Below, piece by piece: positions 27,721 to 37,946 of a DNA stretch of 64,000 bases. Made by a program: the position numbers and the translations under genes. Source of the stretch: SAR86 cluster bacterium (GTDB lineage Bacteria > Pseudomonadota > Gammaproteobacteria > Magnimaribacterales > AG-339-G14); contig CP097974.1 in the NCBI GenBank assembly GCA_023703675.1, forward strand, positions 1,006,220 through 1,070,219. Direction: 5' to 3'. Numbering within the stretch: position 1 is the first letter of the stretch; every line of letters begins with the position of its first letter. Below the pieces are notes generated by a model. It was not told the DNA's origin, made no database searches, and saw only the letters and a list, made by a program, of their open reading frames with translations.

Positions 27721-28360
27721 GGGAATAATTTTTGTGATTGAAGATAGCGGATCCTGCGACAAAAGTATCTGCACCTGCTAGAGAAATTTGAGAGACGTTA
27801 TCTGAATTTACTCCACCATCGACTTCTAAGCGTATTTTTTTCTCACTCTCATCAATCAAGTTTCTCAGATCTCTTATTTTTTCTATAACTTCTGGAATAA
27901 ATTTTTGACCGCCAAATCCAGGAAAAACGCTCATCAATAAAACTATATAAAGATCCTTTAAAAATGGTTTTAAAACATTTAATGATATATCTGGATTTAA
28001 AACTAATCCGGGTTTGCAACCAAGATTTTCAATAAGCTCGAGAGACTTCTCAGGATCCTTAGATGCTTCAGGATGAAAAGTGATAGAAGTAGCACCGCTG
28101 TCAGCAAACATTTTAATAAGGTCATCTACTGGCTCTACCATTAAGTGGACGTCAATGGGACAATTGATATCGTTTTTTCTTAAAGATTCACAAACCATTG
28201 GGCCAACAGTCAGGTTTGGGACAAAATGATTATCCATAACATCGAAGTGAATCCAGTCTGCTCCGGCTCTGAGCACATCTTTTACTTCTTCGCCTAACCT
28301 TGCAAAATCAGCTGATAAAATTGAGGGGGCTATTACGTTTGATTGTTTAGACATTTTCAA
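27686..28360 (-). CDS. rpe: Ribulose-phosphate 3-epimerase
   Basis: 224 aa. Motifs include IAPSILSADFARLGEE, HFDVMDNHFVPNLT, DVHLMV, VDGGV and FVAGSAIF. Confidence 0.96.
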   Translation of the reverse strand: MKMSKQSNVIAPSILSADFARLGEEVKDVLRAGADWIHFDVMDNHFVPNLTVGPMVCESLRKNDINCPIDVHLMVEPVDDLIKMFADSGATSITFHPEASKDPEKSLELIENLGCKPGLVLNPDISLNVLKPFLKDLYIVLLMSVFPGFGGQKFIPEVIEKIRDLRNLIDESEKKIRLEVDGGVNSDNVSQISLAGADTFVAGSAIFNHKNYSHAVKTLRDNFS

Positions 28361-28366
28361 ATTTTA

Positions 28367-29032
28367 CTATTCAGCGATTAAGACGTCTAACTCTTCGATA
28401 TCGCTTTTTTCATTAATGTTTTTTACCACACCTTGAAAGACCTCCCCTGACAAAAGTTTTCTTTTAGCATAGGGCAATAATAAGTCTTTCCATAGTTCTT
28501 TATTGCTTGGAATCTCTTGAGGGATTATTTCTGGATTTATAAGAGATATTCCTGAATAAGTGTATTCTTTTTTACTCAATTCAATATTAATTTTGGAATC
28601 CAGTAAATCAAAATCTCCATGACGATTTAATTTTTCTCTTACTGAAATAAGATGAGCTTTGCTCTTTGTTTTATAAGAAATTAATCGTTGAAGGGGATAA
28701 TTAGTCCATAAATCTCCACTCATAAGAAGAAAAGGTGAATTATCTAAATATTTTTTTGCATGAATTAACGCCCCGCCCGTACCTAATAATTCACTTTCTT
28801 CTGAATATACTATTTTCATATCAAAAGATTTTCCATTTCCAAAATATTTAATTATTTCTTCTCCTAAATAGTGCAAGTTAATTACAACTTCGTTAATTCC
28901 AGCGCTTCTAAGTTTTATTAAATTCCACTCCAATAAAGGCTTACCTTTAATTAATATAAGTGGTTTTGGACAATCATTTGTTAAAGGTTTAAGCCTTTCT
29001 CCTTTACCTGCTGCTAAGATAAACGCCTTCAT
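28367..29032 (-). CDS. murU: Sugar-1-phosphate nucleotidyltransferase, MurU-like (MurNAc-1-P uridylyltransferase)
   Basis: 221 aa. It has the N-terminal MKAFILAAGKGERLKPLT nucleotidyltransferase motif. Its size and its position after an AmgK-like kinase, divergent from lptD, match the Pseudomonas amgK-murU recycling pair. Confidence 0.7.
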   Translation of the reverse strand: MKAFILAAGKGERLKPLTNDCPKPLILIKGKPLLEWNLIKLRSAGINEVVINLHYLGEEIIKYFGNGKSFDMKIVYSEESELLGTGGALIHAKKYLDNSPFLLMSGDLWTNYPLQRLISYKTKSKAHLISVREKLNRHGDFDLLDSKINIELSKKEYTYSGISLINPEIIPQEIPSNKELWKDLLLPYAKRKLLSGEVFQGVVKNINEKSDIEELDVLIAE

Positions 29033-30048
29033 ATTAGAACTGCTTCCATTTTATTTTGAAGGGGATTTTTTAAATCAGTCATTCCAATAGATAAGTTTCT
29101 TAATTCATCATATTTTGCAGACGTATTGATCAAGTAGCCTAGTAATGTTGGAAAGTCTTTCAACCTTTCTTTTCTATCAAGTTCTTCAAAGACTTGAGAA
29201 AGTTTACCCAAAATTCTCACTTGTCTTTGAATACTTGCGAAATCAATATATTTGACTAAAGTTTCATATTTAAGTTCTATCCCAAGGTTTTCTTTGATTT
29301 TGTTCAAATAAATTTTATACCATTTGGAAACTCTTTCTTGTGGCCACTCATAATAGAGATCTTTAAATAGTGAAGCCAAATCTAAACCTATGGGACCATT
29401 CAAAGCATCTTGAAAATCTAAAACTCCTGCTTTTCCAGATGGAGTTAAAATTAAATTTCTACATTCAAAATCATAATGACATATCACTTGAGGCTGATCG
29501 AGTAATTCACTACACACAAATTCATATTTATCCTTTATTGAAGAGAGAATATTGTAATCAGAAAGTTCTAAAAAACTTTTATAAAAGAAGTCTTCGAATA
29601 GAATCCAATTATCACTAAATAATTTTTGATCTAGCCTGTTAAAATTCTTGACATCTTTCTTGATTGACTGAATATTTACCAATTCATTTATTGCCTTTTC
29701 GTAAAAATAATCTGGATCTTCTTGCAAATTATATTGATAAATATTGTCCCCAAAGTCTTCTACTAATATTAATCCGAGCTTTAAATCATATGAATAGACA
29801 TTTGGAACATTAACACTATATTTTTTGAATATTTCCGCCTTGTCTACGAAAGAACGCACAGACTCATCAATCCCATGAGGAACAACCATCAAAATAATAG
29901 AGTTATAGTCTTTTGAAGTTATTCTAAAGAAGCTTCTCTGACTAGATTCAATTCTTAATTTTTCTTGTTTAGCAATCCTTCCAAAGTTTAGGTACTTTAA
30001 AGAGTTTTCAAGCCAACTATCTTGTTCAGAATTTATTTCTAGATTCAA
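29029..30048 (-). CDS. amgK: APH-fold sugar kinase, AmgK-like (anomeric MurNAc/GlcNAc kinase)
   Basis: 339 aa. It has a kinase catalytic loop HYDFECRNLIL and DFQDA. It overlaps the MurU-like gene by 4 nt and is divergent from lptD-surA, as in Pseudomonas. Confidence 0.65.
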   Translation of the reverse strand: MNLEINSEQDSWLENSLKYLNFGRIAKQEKLRIESSQRSFFRITSKDYNSIILMVVPHGIDESVRSFVDKAEIFKKYSVNVPNVYSYDLKLGLILVEDFGDNIYQYNLQEDPDYFYEKAINELVNIQSIKKDVKNFNRLDQKLFSDNWILFEDFFYKSFLELSDYNILSSIKDKYEFVCSELLDQPQVICHYDFECRNLILTPSGKAGVLDFQDALNGPIGLDLASLFKDLYYEWPQERVSKWYKIYLNKIKENLGIELKYETLVKYIDFASIQRQVRILGKLSQVFEELDRKERLKDFPTLLGYLINTSAKYDELRNLSIGMTDLKNPLQNKMEAVLI

Positions 30049-30057
30049 AAAATGATC

Positions 30058-30918
30058 CTAACTATTTTTGGCTTCATCAGGTGCAGGAATATCTTCTGGA
30101 ACAAAAAAATCAGGAGCAAGTTCTGCAAAAGGAACGGAAGCGTATTTAGAAAAATCTTTAACACCGTTTTCTGCTAAAAGATTGTCATCGATGCAGAAAT
30201 TTCCAGAAAATTCGTTAGAATTTTTTGTCAATATTACATGTGCTGCATCAGCCATTATCTCGGGAGTTCTTGAAATTTTAGACATTTCATCTCCTCCCAA
30301 AACGTTTTGAACTGCAGCTGTAGCAATTGCTGTTCTGGGCCATAAGGCGTTAACTGCCACGCCCTGTTCTTTAAACTCTTCTGCCATTCCTAAAACACAC
30401 AAGCTCATGCCGTATTTTGCAATCGTGTATGCGACATGATTAGAAAACCAATGGGGTTTCATGTCTAAAGGTGGGGAAAGATTGAGAATGTGAGGATTAT
30501 CTGACTTTAATAAATGAGGTAAACATTTCTTGGATGTTAAGAAAGTTCCCCTAGCATTTATTTGATTCATTAAATCGTATCTTTTCATATCAGTTTGCAA
30601 AGTTCCTGTCAGCTGAATTGCGCTTGCGTTATTAATACAAATATCAATCCCTCCAAATTGTTCAGCTCCTGAGGAAACCGCATTATCTACCTGTTCCTCT
30701 GATCTAATGTCACATATAACAGGGAAAGCTTTTCCGCCGGCTTGCTCTATCTCTTCTGCAGCGGTGTAAATTGTTCCAGGTAGTTTAGGGTGAGGATCAG
30801 CAGTTTTGGCTGCCAAAATTATATTAGCTCCGTCTTGAGCTGCACGTTTAGCTATAGCCAGGCCAATTCCTCTGCTGGCACCAGAAACAAATAAGGTTTT
30901 ATTATTTAAGTTTGTCAT
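30058..30918 (-). CDS. Short-chain dehydrogenase/reductase (HSDL2-like)
   Basis: 286 aa. It has TLFVSGASRGIGLAIA (TGxxxGxG), NNAS and a YxxxK in YTIAKYGM. The substrate is unknown. Confidence 0.8.
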   Translation of the reverse strand: MTNLNNKTLFVSGASRGIGLAIAKRAAQDGANIILAAKTADPHPKLPGTIYTAAEEIEQAGGKAFPVICDIRSEEQVDNAVSSGAEQFGGIDICINNASAIQLTGTLQTDMKRYDLMNQINARGTFLTSKKCLPHLLKSDNPHILNLSPPLDMKPHWFSNHVAYTIAKYGMSLCVLGMAEEFKEQGVAVNALWPRTAIATAAVQNVLGGDEMSKISRTPEIMADAAHVILTKNSNEFSGNFCIDDNLLAENGVKDFSKYASVPFAELAPDFFVPEDIPAPDEAKNS

Positions 30919-30988
30919 TTAATCTCCTATTAAAAATTGTATTTTAACCCCCAATAGCTTCTAATATCATTACAAACGTAATTTAATT

Positions 30989-33061
30989 ATGTTTCCATTT
31001 TCCAATAACTACTTAAGCAAACATAAAATTTTTTTTCTAGTTCTTTTCTACATAACTGGAAATAATTTACTTTCTCAAAATATTAATTATTCGGCTGGAA
31101 AAATTTCGTCAGATGCAAATAAAAGACTAATTCTTGAACAATCTGTGAAATTGAATATAGACAATATTGCTATATCAACAGAAAAATTAATCATTGACCA
31201 AGAAAAAGAAATTGGAATTGCAAAAGAGATCTCATTCAAGATTGAAGAAAATAATTTTTGGGGAGAGGCAGAAAAATTAAATTTTTCGAAAGAAAATGTT
31301 TCTTTTCAAGATACAAAATTTTCCTTATGCCCTTGTTATGAAAAGATTTGGTGGATAGAAGCATCCGAAATAAAATTTTCAGAAGATAAGGAATCAATAG
31401 AATTCAAAGATGCCAAACTTATAGTAAATGAATTCACACTCGGTGCATGGCCAAGCGGCAGCTTTCCATCAAGCTCAAAAAAAAGAAGTGGATTTCTTCT
31501 ACCAGAAATAAATATCTCAAATAAATCTGGAGTAGATCTTTCTGTGCCCTACTACATGGTAATAAAAGAAAATTTGGATACAACCTTTGAGCCTAGATAC
31601 ATAACTAAAAGAGGATTTGGTCTTTCAAACGAATTTAGATACTTAACAAATAAACTTAATGGAGTTTTAAATAGTTCAATTTTATTTAACGATAATGAAT
31701 ACCAATACGACTATACTGAAAATTCTTTTAGATGGGCGGTTGGTCTAAAGCATACACAAGTGCTTAAGAAAAATTTGTTTTTACAGATTGATTATGGAAA
31801 CGTAAGTGACGCTTTTTTTATTAATGATTTTGGGTCTGACTTCAGCGGTGTGTCTAAAACTTTATATACACCACAAAAATTAGTAGTCTCATCTTTTACA
31901 GAAAACACTGAGACTAAATTAATTCTAAATTCTTTTAAAATTATTGATCCTATCGGAGCAAATCAATATCAGGAACTTCCTAAAATTGAATTTTCTTATT
32001 TTGATTCACTTGAGTCGTTTAACATAGGGCTAGAAACTAGTTTCTCAATTTATAGAAAAGGAGGAGCCTTTAGGGAAAATTCGAAAGAAAGAATAAAAGT
32101 GCTTAATTTAACTCCTAGTTTTAATTTTAGTCACCAAGGAAGAGTTCTATTTACTGAAATCTCTGGAAGAATAATTAATAGTGCATTTGATTTTGAAGGA
32201 TTCACTTTTAATAGAACACAACCTCAACTAAATTTTCAGGTATCTGCCAATCTTCTCAGAGAAAATCCTATTGATACTGGGTATCTTAAACCATACCTGA
32301 TCATAATGTATGCTCCCGAAAAAAATCAGAAAAATCTTCCTTTAATAGATTCTGGAATTTTTTTAGACAACATAAATCTAAACAATTCTCCTCTTTTTAG
32401 TAAAAACTTACTGCCTGAACAAAAAGACATAGTTTTTGGTTTCAAAAATACTATTTTCTCAAACAGTAAAAAATTATTTGATCTTGAAGTTTCAAAAAAG
32501 ATTAGCTCTGTTGATGGCTTAAAATATTCCAATGAAGTTTTTGATTTGCCTGAGCCAATTGAAATAAATTTAAGAAATTATTCTTTGAAAAATACTATTC
32601 TAGGATTTAACCTTAAGATTGATGAAAAAAGTAAATTCAATACTGCGAATCTTAAGTTCTCTCAAAAATACAAGTCGTCCTCTCTGAAATTAAATTATTT
32701 TTGGGCCAAAAATATAACCTCTTATCTTTTAAATAATTTTTTTGAAAAAAAATTAAATCAAATAGATGCAGAATATAAATTTGAGTTTTCTGAGAAGTAT
32801 TTGATGAGTACAAAGTTCATTTATGATATTGAAAATTCGAATCTGACAAATACTATTTTAGGTATGGAATATGAAAATCCAGGATTGAAATTAGGATTTG
32901 CATTAATTCATTCTAAAGAATTAGATTGGATAAAGGTTATTAATCAAAGTGTCTTTGAAAATTATAATCAAGAAAGTTTTAGAATTTATTTTGAATTAAA
33001 AGGTCTAGGATCTTTAGGAAGACCTGTAGAAAACTATCTTAAAAGAAGGACTTTGAACTAA
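30989..33061 (+). CDS. lptD: LPS-assembly outer-membrane protein LptD
   Basis: 690 aa. It has a hydrophobic N-terminal leader and an N-terminal OstA-like region, and is a large, aromatic-rich beta-barrel-type sequence. It sits in the canonical position at the head of lptD-surA-pdxA-rsmA-apaH. Confidence 0.85.
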   Translation: MFPFSNNYLSKHKIFFLVLFYITGNNLLSQNINYSAGKISSDANKRLILEQSVKLNIDNIAISTEKLIIDQEKEIGIAKEISFKIEENNFWGEAEKLNFSKENVSFQDTKFSLCPCYEKIWWIEASEIKFSEDKESIEFKDAKLIVNEFTLGAWPSGSFPSSSKKRSGFLLPEINISNKSGVDLSVPYYMVIKENLDTTFEPRYITKRGFGLSNEFRYLTNKLNGVLNSSILFNDNEYQYDYTENSFRWAVGLKHTQVLKKNLFLQIDYGNVSDAFFINDFGSDFSGVSKTLYTPQKLVVSSFTENTETKLILNSFKIIDPIGANQYQELPKIEFSYFDSLESFNIGLETSFSIYRKGGAFRENSKERIKVLNLTPSFNFSHQGRVLFTEISGRIINSAFDFEGFTFNRTQPQLNFQVSANLLRENPIDTGYLKPYLIIMYAPEKNQKNLPLIDSGIFLDNINLNNSPLFSKNLLPEQKDIVFGFKNTIFSNSKKLFDLEVSKKISSVDGLKYSNEVFDLPEPIEINLRNYSLKNTILGFNLKIDEKSKFNTANLKFSQKYKSSSLKLNYFWAKNITSYLLNNFFEKKLNQIDAEYKFEFSEKYLMSTKFIYDIENSNLTNTILGMEYENPGLKLGFALIHSKELDWIKVINQSVFENYNQESFRIYFELKGLGSLGRPVENYLKRRTLN

Positions 33062-33070
33062 AATAACCCC

Positions 33071-34312
33071 ATGAAAATTTTAAAAATATTTCTTTTTTTA
33101 TTTATATCCGACATTCTCTATTCTGAAAGAGTAAATCTAGACAAAATAATTGCCATTGCTGGAGATGGGATTGTTATGGAATCACAACTGAATGAGGCTA
33201 AGGAAAATTATCTTGAGAACTATAAAGTTGCAAATCCAACTCAACCTCTTCCCCCTGAAGATTTTATTGAAGAGAGAATTTTAGAAAACTTGATTATTGA
33301 AGAACTGCAAATCCAAAGAGCTTTTAAAGCCGGTGTGAGAATCAGTGATCAAGAATTGAATGAATCGATGTCGAGGCTAGCAGCTAATAATAATTTAAGT
33401 CTTTTAGACTTTAAGAAAGAAATAGAATCTCAAGGTCAATCTTATGAAAAACTAAGGAAAGAGATAAAAAAAGAAATGATCATTTCAAGAGTTCAAAGAG
33501 GAATGGTTGGTCCAAAAATATTTATATCTGATCAAGAATTAAATAACTTTATAAATTCAACTGACGGACAAAATTTATTAGTAGTAGAGTATAAATTGGA
33601 TCAAATACTCGTAAAAGAAGAAGAAAAAGCAAATGAAATAATTTCTTCCTTAAATCAGGGAAAAGATTTTAAAAAATTAAAGTTAGAAAATGATCAATCT
33701 AAAGAAACTGAAAATGAAATTATTTGGAACAGAATTTCAAACATACCAACTTTATTTGCTGATACAGTAACTTCGATGCAACTTGGAGAGTTTCAAGGAC
33801 CAATTAAAAGTGGTGCCGGATTTCATATCCTATTTTTAGAGGATAAAAGAGGCGATACAGTAAAAATTGAGGATCAAGTTCTTTCTAGGCATATTCTAAT
33901 TCAAACATCTGAGGTAAGAAGCCAAAGTCAAGCTAAAAAACTTATTTACGAAATAAAGGAGAAGTTAATAAATGGAGAATCTTTTGAAATTCTAGCGAGA
34001 CTTTACTCTGACGATCCTGGGTCAAAGTTAGATGGTGGGATACTAGATTGGTCTTCGACAGATAAATATGCCACTGCCTTTAAAAATGCTTTGGATAATT
34101 CTAAAATTAATGAAGTGACAGAGCCTTTTGAAAGTTCTTTTGGATGGCATATAGCTGAAGTCTTGGATAGAAGAAGTGAAGATGTTTCAATTGAAATCCA
34201 AAAAAATAAAGCATATAGAATTCTTTTTGAAAGAAAATTTCAAGAACAATTGGAAACTTCTCTTCAAGAAATGCGCTCTCAATCATTCGTAGAAATTAAA
34301 AAAAGAACATGA
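33071..34312 (+). CDS. surA: Periplasmic chaperone / peptidyl-prolyl isomerase SurA
   Basis: 413 aa. It has a signal peptide, an N-terminal chaperone domain, and two parvulin domains (GFHILFLED; FGWHIAEVLDRR). Confidence 0.9.
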   Translation: MKILKIFLFLFISDILYSERVNLDKIIAIAGDGIVMESQLNEAKENYLENYKVANPTQPLPPEDFIEERILENLIIEELQIQRAFKAGVRISDQELNESMSRLAANNNLSLLDFKKEIESQGQSYEKLRKEIKKEMIISRVQRGMVGPKIFISDQELNNFINSTDGQNLLVVEYKLDQILVKEEEKANEIISSLNQGKDFKKLKLENDQSKETENEIIWNRISNIPTLFADTVTSMQLGEFQGPIKSGAGFHILFLEDKRGDTVKIEDQVLSRHILIQTSEVRSQSQAKKLIYEIKEKLINGESFEILARLYSDDPGSKLDGGILDWSSTDKYATAFKNALDNSKINEVTEPFESSFGWHIAEVLDRRSEDVSIEIQKNKAYRILFERKFQEQLETSLQEMRSQSFVEIKKRT

Positions 34313-35271
34313 AACCGATCGCAATTAGTCCTGGCGATCCAGCTGGGATTGGTCCAGAGGTTTGCCTTAAAGCTTTAAATAAAAATATAAAAAATTTAAA
34401 TAATTTTATTCTTATTGGTGATATTGAACATTTTAGATCACTGAATAATAGCCTGAAATTAGATCTTAATTTTGATTTAGAGAAAAAAACCACTAATACA
34501 GTTAAGGTGTTTCAAATTCCTTTATCTGAAAAAGTGAAACTTGGTATGCCAAGCTTAAAAAATGCTAAGTATACATTAGACGTATTATTAGAAGCTTCTC
34601 TGGGAACTCTAGAAAAAAAATATTCAGCCATGATTACAGGACCAATCAATAAAAGCACAATTAACGAATACGGTTTTGAATTCTCAGGTCATACCGAATT
34701 CCTTGCTGATATTTCTAATACTAAAAACGTTGTTATGCTCTTAGCAAATAAAGCTCTAAAAGTTGCATTAGCGACTACTCACCTACCACTTAAGGATGTC
34801 GCGGCTAAAATTACAACCCAAAGATTAGAAAAATATTTGAAAATTTTAAACAATGAACTTAAGTCTAAATGGAAAATTAAAAATCCAAAAATTTGTGTTT
34901 TGGGACTTAATCCACATGCTGGAGAAAACGGCTTTCTTGGAATAGAAGAAATGGAAATAATTAGTCCGCTAATAAAAAAACTTATAAAAGAAGGATTGAA
35001 TTTATCTGGACCAGAATCTGCTGATACTGCGTTTGTCCCTAATAACTTAAAAAAATTCGATGCTTTTCTCGCTATGTTTCATGACCAAGGACTTCCAGTT
35101 TTAAAAGCTTTAGGGTTCGGTGATTCCATTAATATAACCTTAGGTTTACCATTTACAAGAATCTCCGTTGATCATGGCACTGCATACGAAATAGCTGATA
35201 AGTTTTGTGCAAACGAAGCCAGTGCAATGGAAAGTTTAAAAACTGCCTTAGATATTACTCAGTCAAAGTGA
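34309..35271 (+). CDS. pdxA: 4-hydroxythreonine-4-phosphate dehydrogenase
   Basis: 320 aa. Motifs include GDPAGIGPE, GHTEFLA, NPHAGE, FHDQGL and VDHGTA. Confidence 0.93.
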   Translation: MKPIAISPGDPAGIGPEVCLKALNKNIKNLNNFILIGDIEHFRSLNNSLKLDLNFDLEKKTTNTVKVFQIPLSEKVKLGMPSLKNAKYTLDVLLEASLGTLEKKYSAMITGPINKSTINEYGFEFSGHTEFLADISNTKNVVMLLANKALKVALATTHLPLKDVAAKITTQRLEKYLKILNNELKSKWKIKNPKICVLGLNPHAGENGFLGIEEMEIISPLIKKLIKEGLNLSGPESADTAFVPNNLKKFDAFLAMFHDQGLPVLKALGFGDSINITLGLPFTRISVDHGTAYEIADKFCANEASAMESLKTALDITQSK

Positions 35272-36056
35272 TGAAAGAGATCTCTCCAAAAAAAAGATTT
35301 GGCCAAAATTTTATTAACGACGAAGTATTGCTCGGCGATTTAGTTGATTTAATAAAAGTAAAAAAAAACGACGATTTTTTAGAAATTGGGCCAGGATCAG
35401 GAAATTTAACTTCTTTAATTGTATCAAGTGCAAATTCCTGTTCCTCAGTAGAAATTGATAGAGATTTAATTTCTCTTTTAAAGGAAAAATTTAAAAAAAA
35501 TGATAATTTCAAAATTATTAATGAAAATATTTTAAATTTTGATTTGAAAAAATATGTTTCAAATTTTAATCAGATTCGTCTTGCAGGAAACCTACCTTAC
35601 AATTTGTCTAGCCCCATAATTGACTGGTGCACTAAAAATATTTTTCTCATTAAAGATATGCACTTTATGTTTCAAAAGGAGTTTGCGTACAGATGTGCCG
35701 GCAATGAAAATTCTAAATCTTACGGAAAATTAAGTGTTATTTGTAATTATTTATTTGAAGTTGAAATCCTTAAAGAAGTAGATCGAAGCTTTTTTGTTCC
35801 TATGCCTAAAGTTGATAGTTGTTTTGTAAAATTTGTACCTCGAAAAAAGAATGTAAATTTTGAAGAATTAAATTTTTTAAAAAAAATTTTAAACTTACTA
35901 TTTAACTCCAAAAGAAAAAAAATCTCTAAACCTTTGTTAAAAATATTTGAAGCAAAAGATTTAGAAAATCTAAATATAGATCTAGATATGAGACCAGACC
36001 AGTTAAGCTCAAAAAAATTTTTAGAACTTACTAAATTGATGAAAAAATATGGCTAA
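35271..36056 (+). CDS. rsmA: 16S rRNA (adenine1518/1519-N6)-dimethyltransferase
   Basis: The track ORF starts at 35205 inside pdxA. The family N-terminus (MKEISPKKRFGQNFINDE) starts at the ATG at 35271, which shares one base with the pdxA TGA. Motifs are EIGPGSGNLT and GNLPYN. Confidence 0.92.
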   Translation: MKEISPKKRFGQNFINDEVLLGDLVDLIKVKKNDDFLEIGPGSGNLTSLIVSSANSCSSVEIDRDLISLLKEKFKKNDNFKIINENILNFDLKKYVSNFNQIRLAGNLPYNLSSPIIDWCTKNIFLIKDMHFMFQKEFAYRCAGNENSKSYGKLSVICNYLFEVEILKEVDRSFFVPMPKVDSCFVKFVPRKKNVNFEELNFLKKILNLLFNSKRKKISKPLLKIFEAKDLENLNIDLDMRPDQLSSKKFLELTKLMKKYG

Positions 36057-36882
36057 TTACGCAGTTGGCGACATTCAAGGGTGTTACAAAGAATTTGATA
36101 AAGGTTTAAAAAAAATAAACTTTAATGAAAAAAAAGATCGTCTTTGGATTTCTGGTGATATAGTCAACAGAGGTCCTGATTCGTTAAAAACTTTAGAAAG
36201 AATTTACAGTATTCGCTCAAGTGTAAATATTGTCTTGGGAAACCACGACCTACATTTCCTTGCTAGGCATTACGCAGATAGAAAATCAGCAAAAAATGAT
36301 ACATTAGAAGAGTTACTAGCAAGCTCAAAATGTGAAAAGTACGCTAAGTTTTTATTGAAACAACCATTTGTTTTTTCAAAAAAAATTAAACTCAAAAATG
36401 GTGATAAGAAAAAATATATTATGGTTCATGCTGGATTGCCTCATTATTTAACTTTTAAGGAATGTATGAATCTAAATAAACTTTCACAAGAATTTTTAAG
36501 TAAAAATCCAAAAAAAAATTTAAAAAAGATTTTCTTTCATCATCGAAAAAATAACTTCAAAATCATTTCTATGAAAGACAAACTTGCCTTTTTTATTAAC
36601 GCAGTAACAAGAATAAGAATTTGCGATAAAGAAGGAAAAATTATGTTTGCTTTCAAAAAAGGTTTAAAGGATCTTCCTTTTAACTTTGTTCCTTGGTTTA
36701 AATTAAAAATAAGCGCTTTAACACGAAACGATCGACTAATATTTGGCCACTGGGCTGCATTGAACGGTAAAACAAATAAACAAAATATAATAGGCCTGGA
36801 TACTGGATGTGTTTGGGGGAATAAACTTACTTTTTTGAGACTCGAGGATAATAAGAAATATTTTATTAAAAAGATTAAATGA
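36049..36882 (+). CDS. apaH: Bis(5'-nucleosyl)-tetraphosphatase, symmetrical
   Basis: 277 aa. It has the metallophosphatase motifs YAVGDIQGC, SGDIVNRGP and GNHDLHFLA. It follows rsmA directly, with an 8-nt overlap and no apaG between them. Confidence 0.92.
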   Translation: MANYAVGDIQGCYKEFDKGLKKINFNEKKDRLWISGDIVNRGPDSLKTLERIYSIRSSVNIVLGNHDLHFLARHYADRKSAKNDTLEELLASSKCEKYAKFLLKQPFVFSKKIKLKNGDKKKYIMVHAGLPHYLTFKECMNLNKLSQEFLSKNPKKNLKKIFFHHRKNNFKIISMKDKLAFFINAVTRIRICDKEGKIMFAFKKGLKDLPFNFVPWFKLKISALTRNDRLIFGHWAALNGKTNKQNIIGLDTGCVWGNKLTFLRLEDNKKYFIKKIK

Positions 36883-37946
36883 AAATTTATTTGGTTGGAG
36901 GAGCTATAAGAGATGAACTCTTGGGTATTAAATCCTTAGAAAAAGATTGGGTCGTAATTGGATCGAGTGCTAAAGAAATGTTGGAGAGTGGTTTCATTTC
37001 GGTTGGTAAAAGTTTTCCAGTATTTTTACATCCTAAGACGAAAGAAGAATACGCGCTTGCAAGAAAAGAGATAAAAGTTGAGCTTGGCCATAAAGGCTTT
37101 AAATTTGATGTGAATAAGGACATTGGCTTAGAGGAAGATTTATTAAGAAGAGATTTAACTATCAATGCAATTGCAAAGTCTAATAAAGGCGAATTGATAG
37201 ATCCTTATGGAGGAATTCAAGATATCGAAAATAGAGTTTTGAAACATATCTCTGAGGCCTTTTCCGAAGACCCATTAAGAGTGTTTAGGGTGGCAAGGTT
37301 TTATTGTTACTTGAGTAAGTTCAATTTTGAGATTCACGAAGATACTCTGATCTTAATGAAAGATCTCTGTAATTCAGAAGATTTAGATAATTTATCGTTC
37401 GAAAGAATTTGGATGGAAACTGAAAAGTGCTTATCTTTAAAAAATTCCTATCTTTACTTTGAGGCTCTTCATGATGTGGGGGCTTCCACTGTTTTTAGTT
37501 GCGATACTAATCAATTCAAAAAAAATTTACTCAAACTTAAAAAGACTGAAGTTTCTAATTTAGACGCTCAAGATAAATGGGCAATTTTGACAATGAATTT
37601 AGAACTTACAGATAAAGTAAAAATTCCTAATTCCTTCAAGAAATCGGCTTTAAACTTTTCAAATATTATTGAAACGCTTAGAAATGAAAATTCTCCTGAA
37701 ATATTATTAGAAGCAATTATGAAAATCGATGGATTTAGAAATAAAAAAAGTGCTTTGAAAACTTTTAATTTATACTCGATGCTGGTTGCTGAAAGTGGCG
37801 CTCTAAAAAAGTTAAACTTAAATAGCCTTCTGGGAGAGTTGTCAAAAGTAAAGCCAAATAAAAATTTTGATAAAGATTCAAATTTAATAAAAAAAGATAT
37901 TTACAAAAAAAGGCTATCAATAATCAAAGAACATTTAAATGAGTAA
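36879..37946 (+). CDS. cca: tRNA CCA-nucleotidyltransferase (short form, HD-domain signatures not seen)
   Basis: 355 aa. The N-terminus MKIYLVGGAIRDELLG..DWVVIGS..FPVFLHPKTKEEYALARKE closely parallels E. coli Cca. I do not see the E. coli HD phosphohydrolase motifs (H..HD..K region) in the C-terminal half. Confidence 0.88.
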   Translation: MKIYLVGGAIRDELLGIKSLEKDWVVIGSSAKEMLESGFISVGKSFPVFLHPKTKEEYALARKEIKVELGHKGFKFDVNKDIGLEEDLLRRDLTINAIAKSNKGELIDPYGGIQDIENRVLKHISEAFSEDPLRVFRVARFYCYLSKFNFEIHEDTLILMKDLCNSEDLDNLSFERIWMETEKCLSLKNSYLYFEALHDVGASTVFSCDTNQFKKNLLKLKKTEVSNLDAQDKWAILTMNLELTDKVKIPNSFKKSALNFSNIIETLRNENSPEILLEAIMKIDGFRNKKSALKTFNLYSMLVAESGALKKLNLNSLLGELSKVKPNKNFDKDSNLIKKDIYKKRLSIIKEHLNE

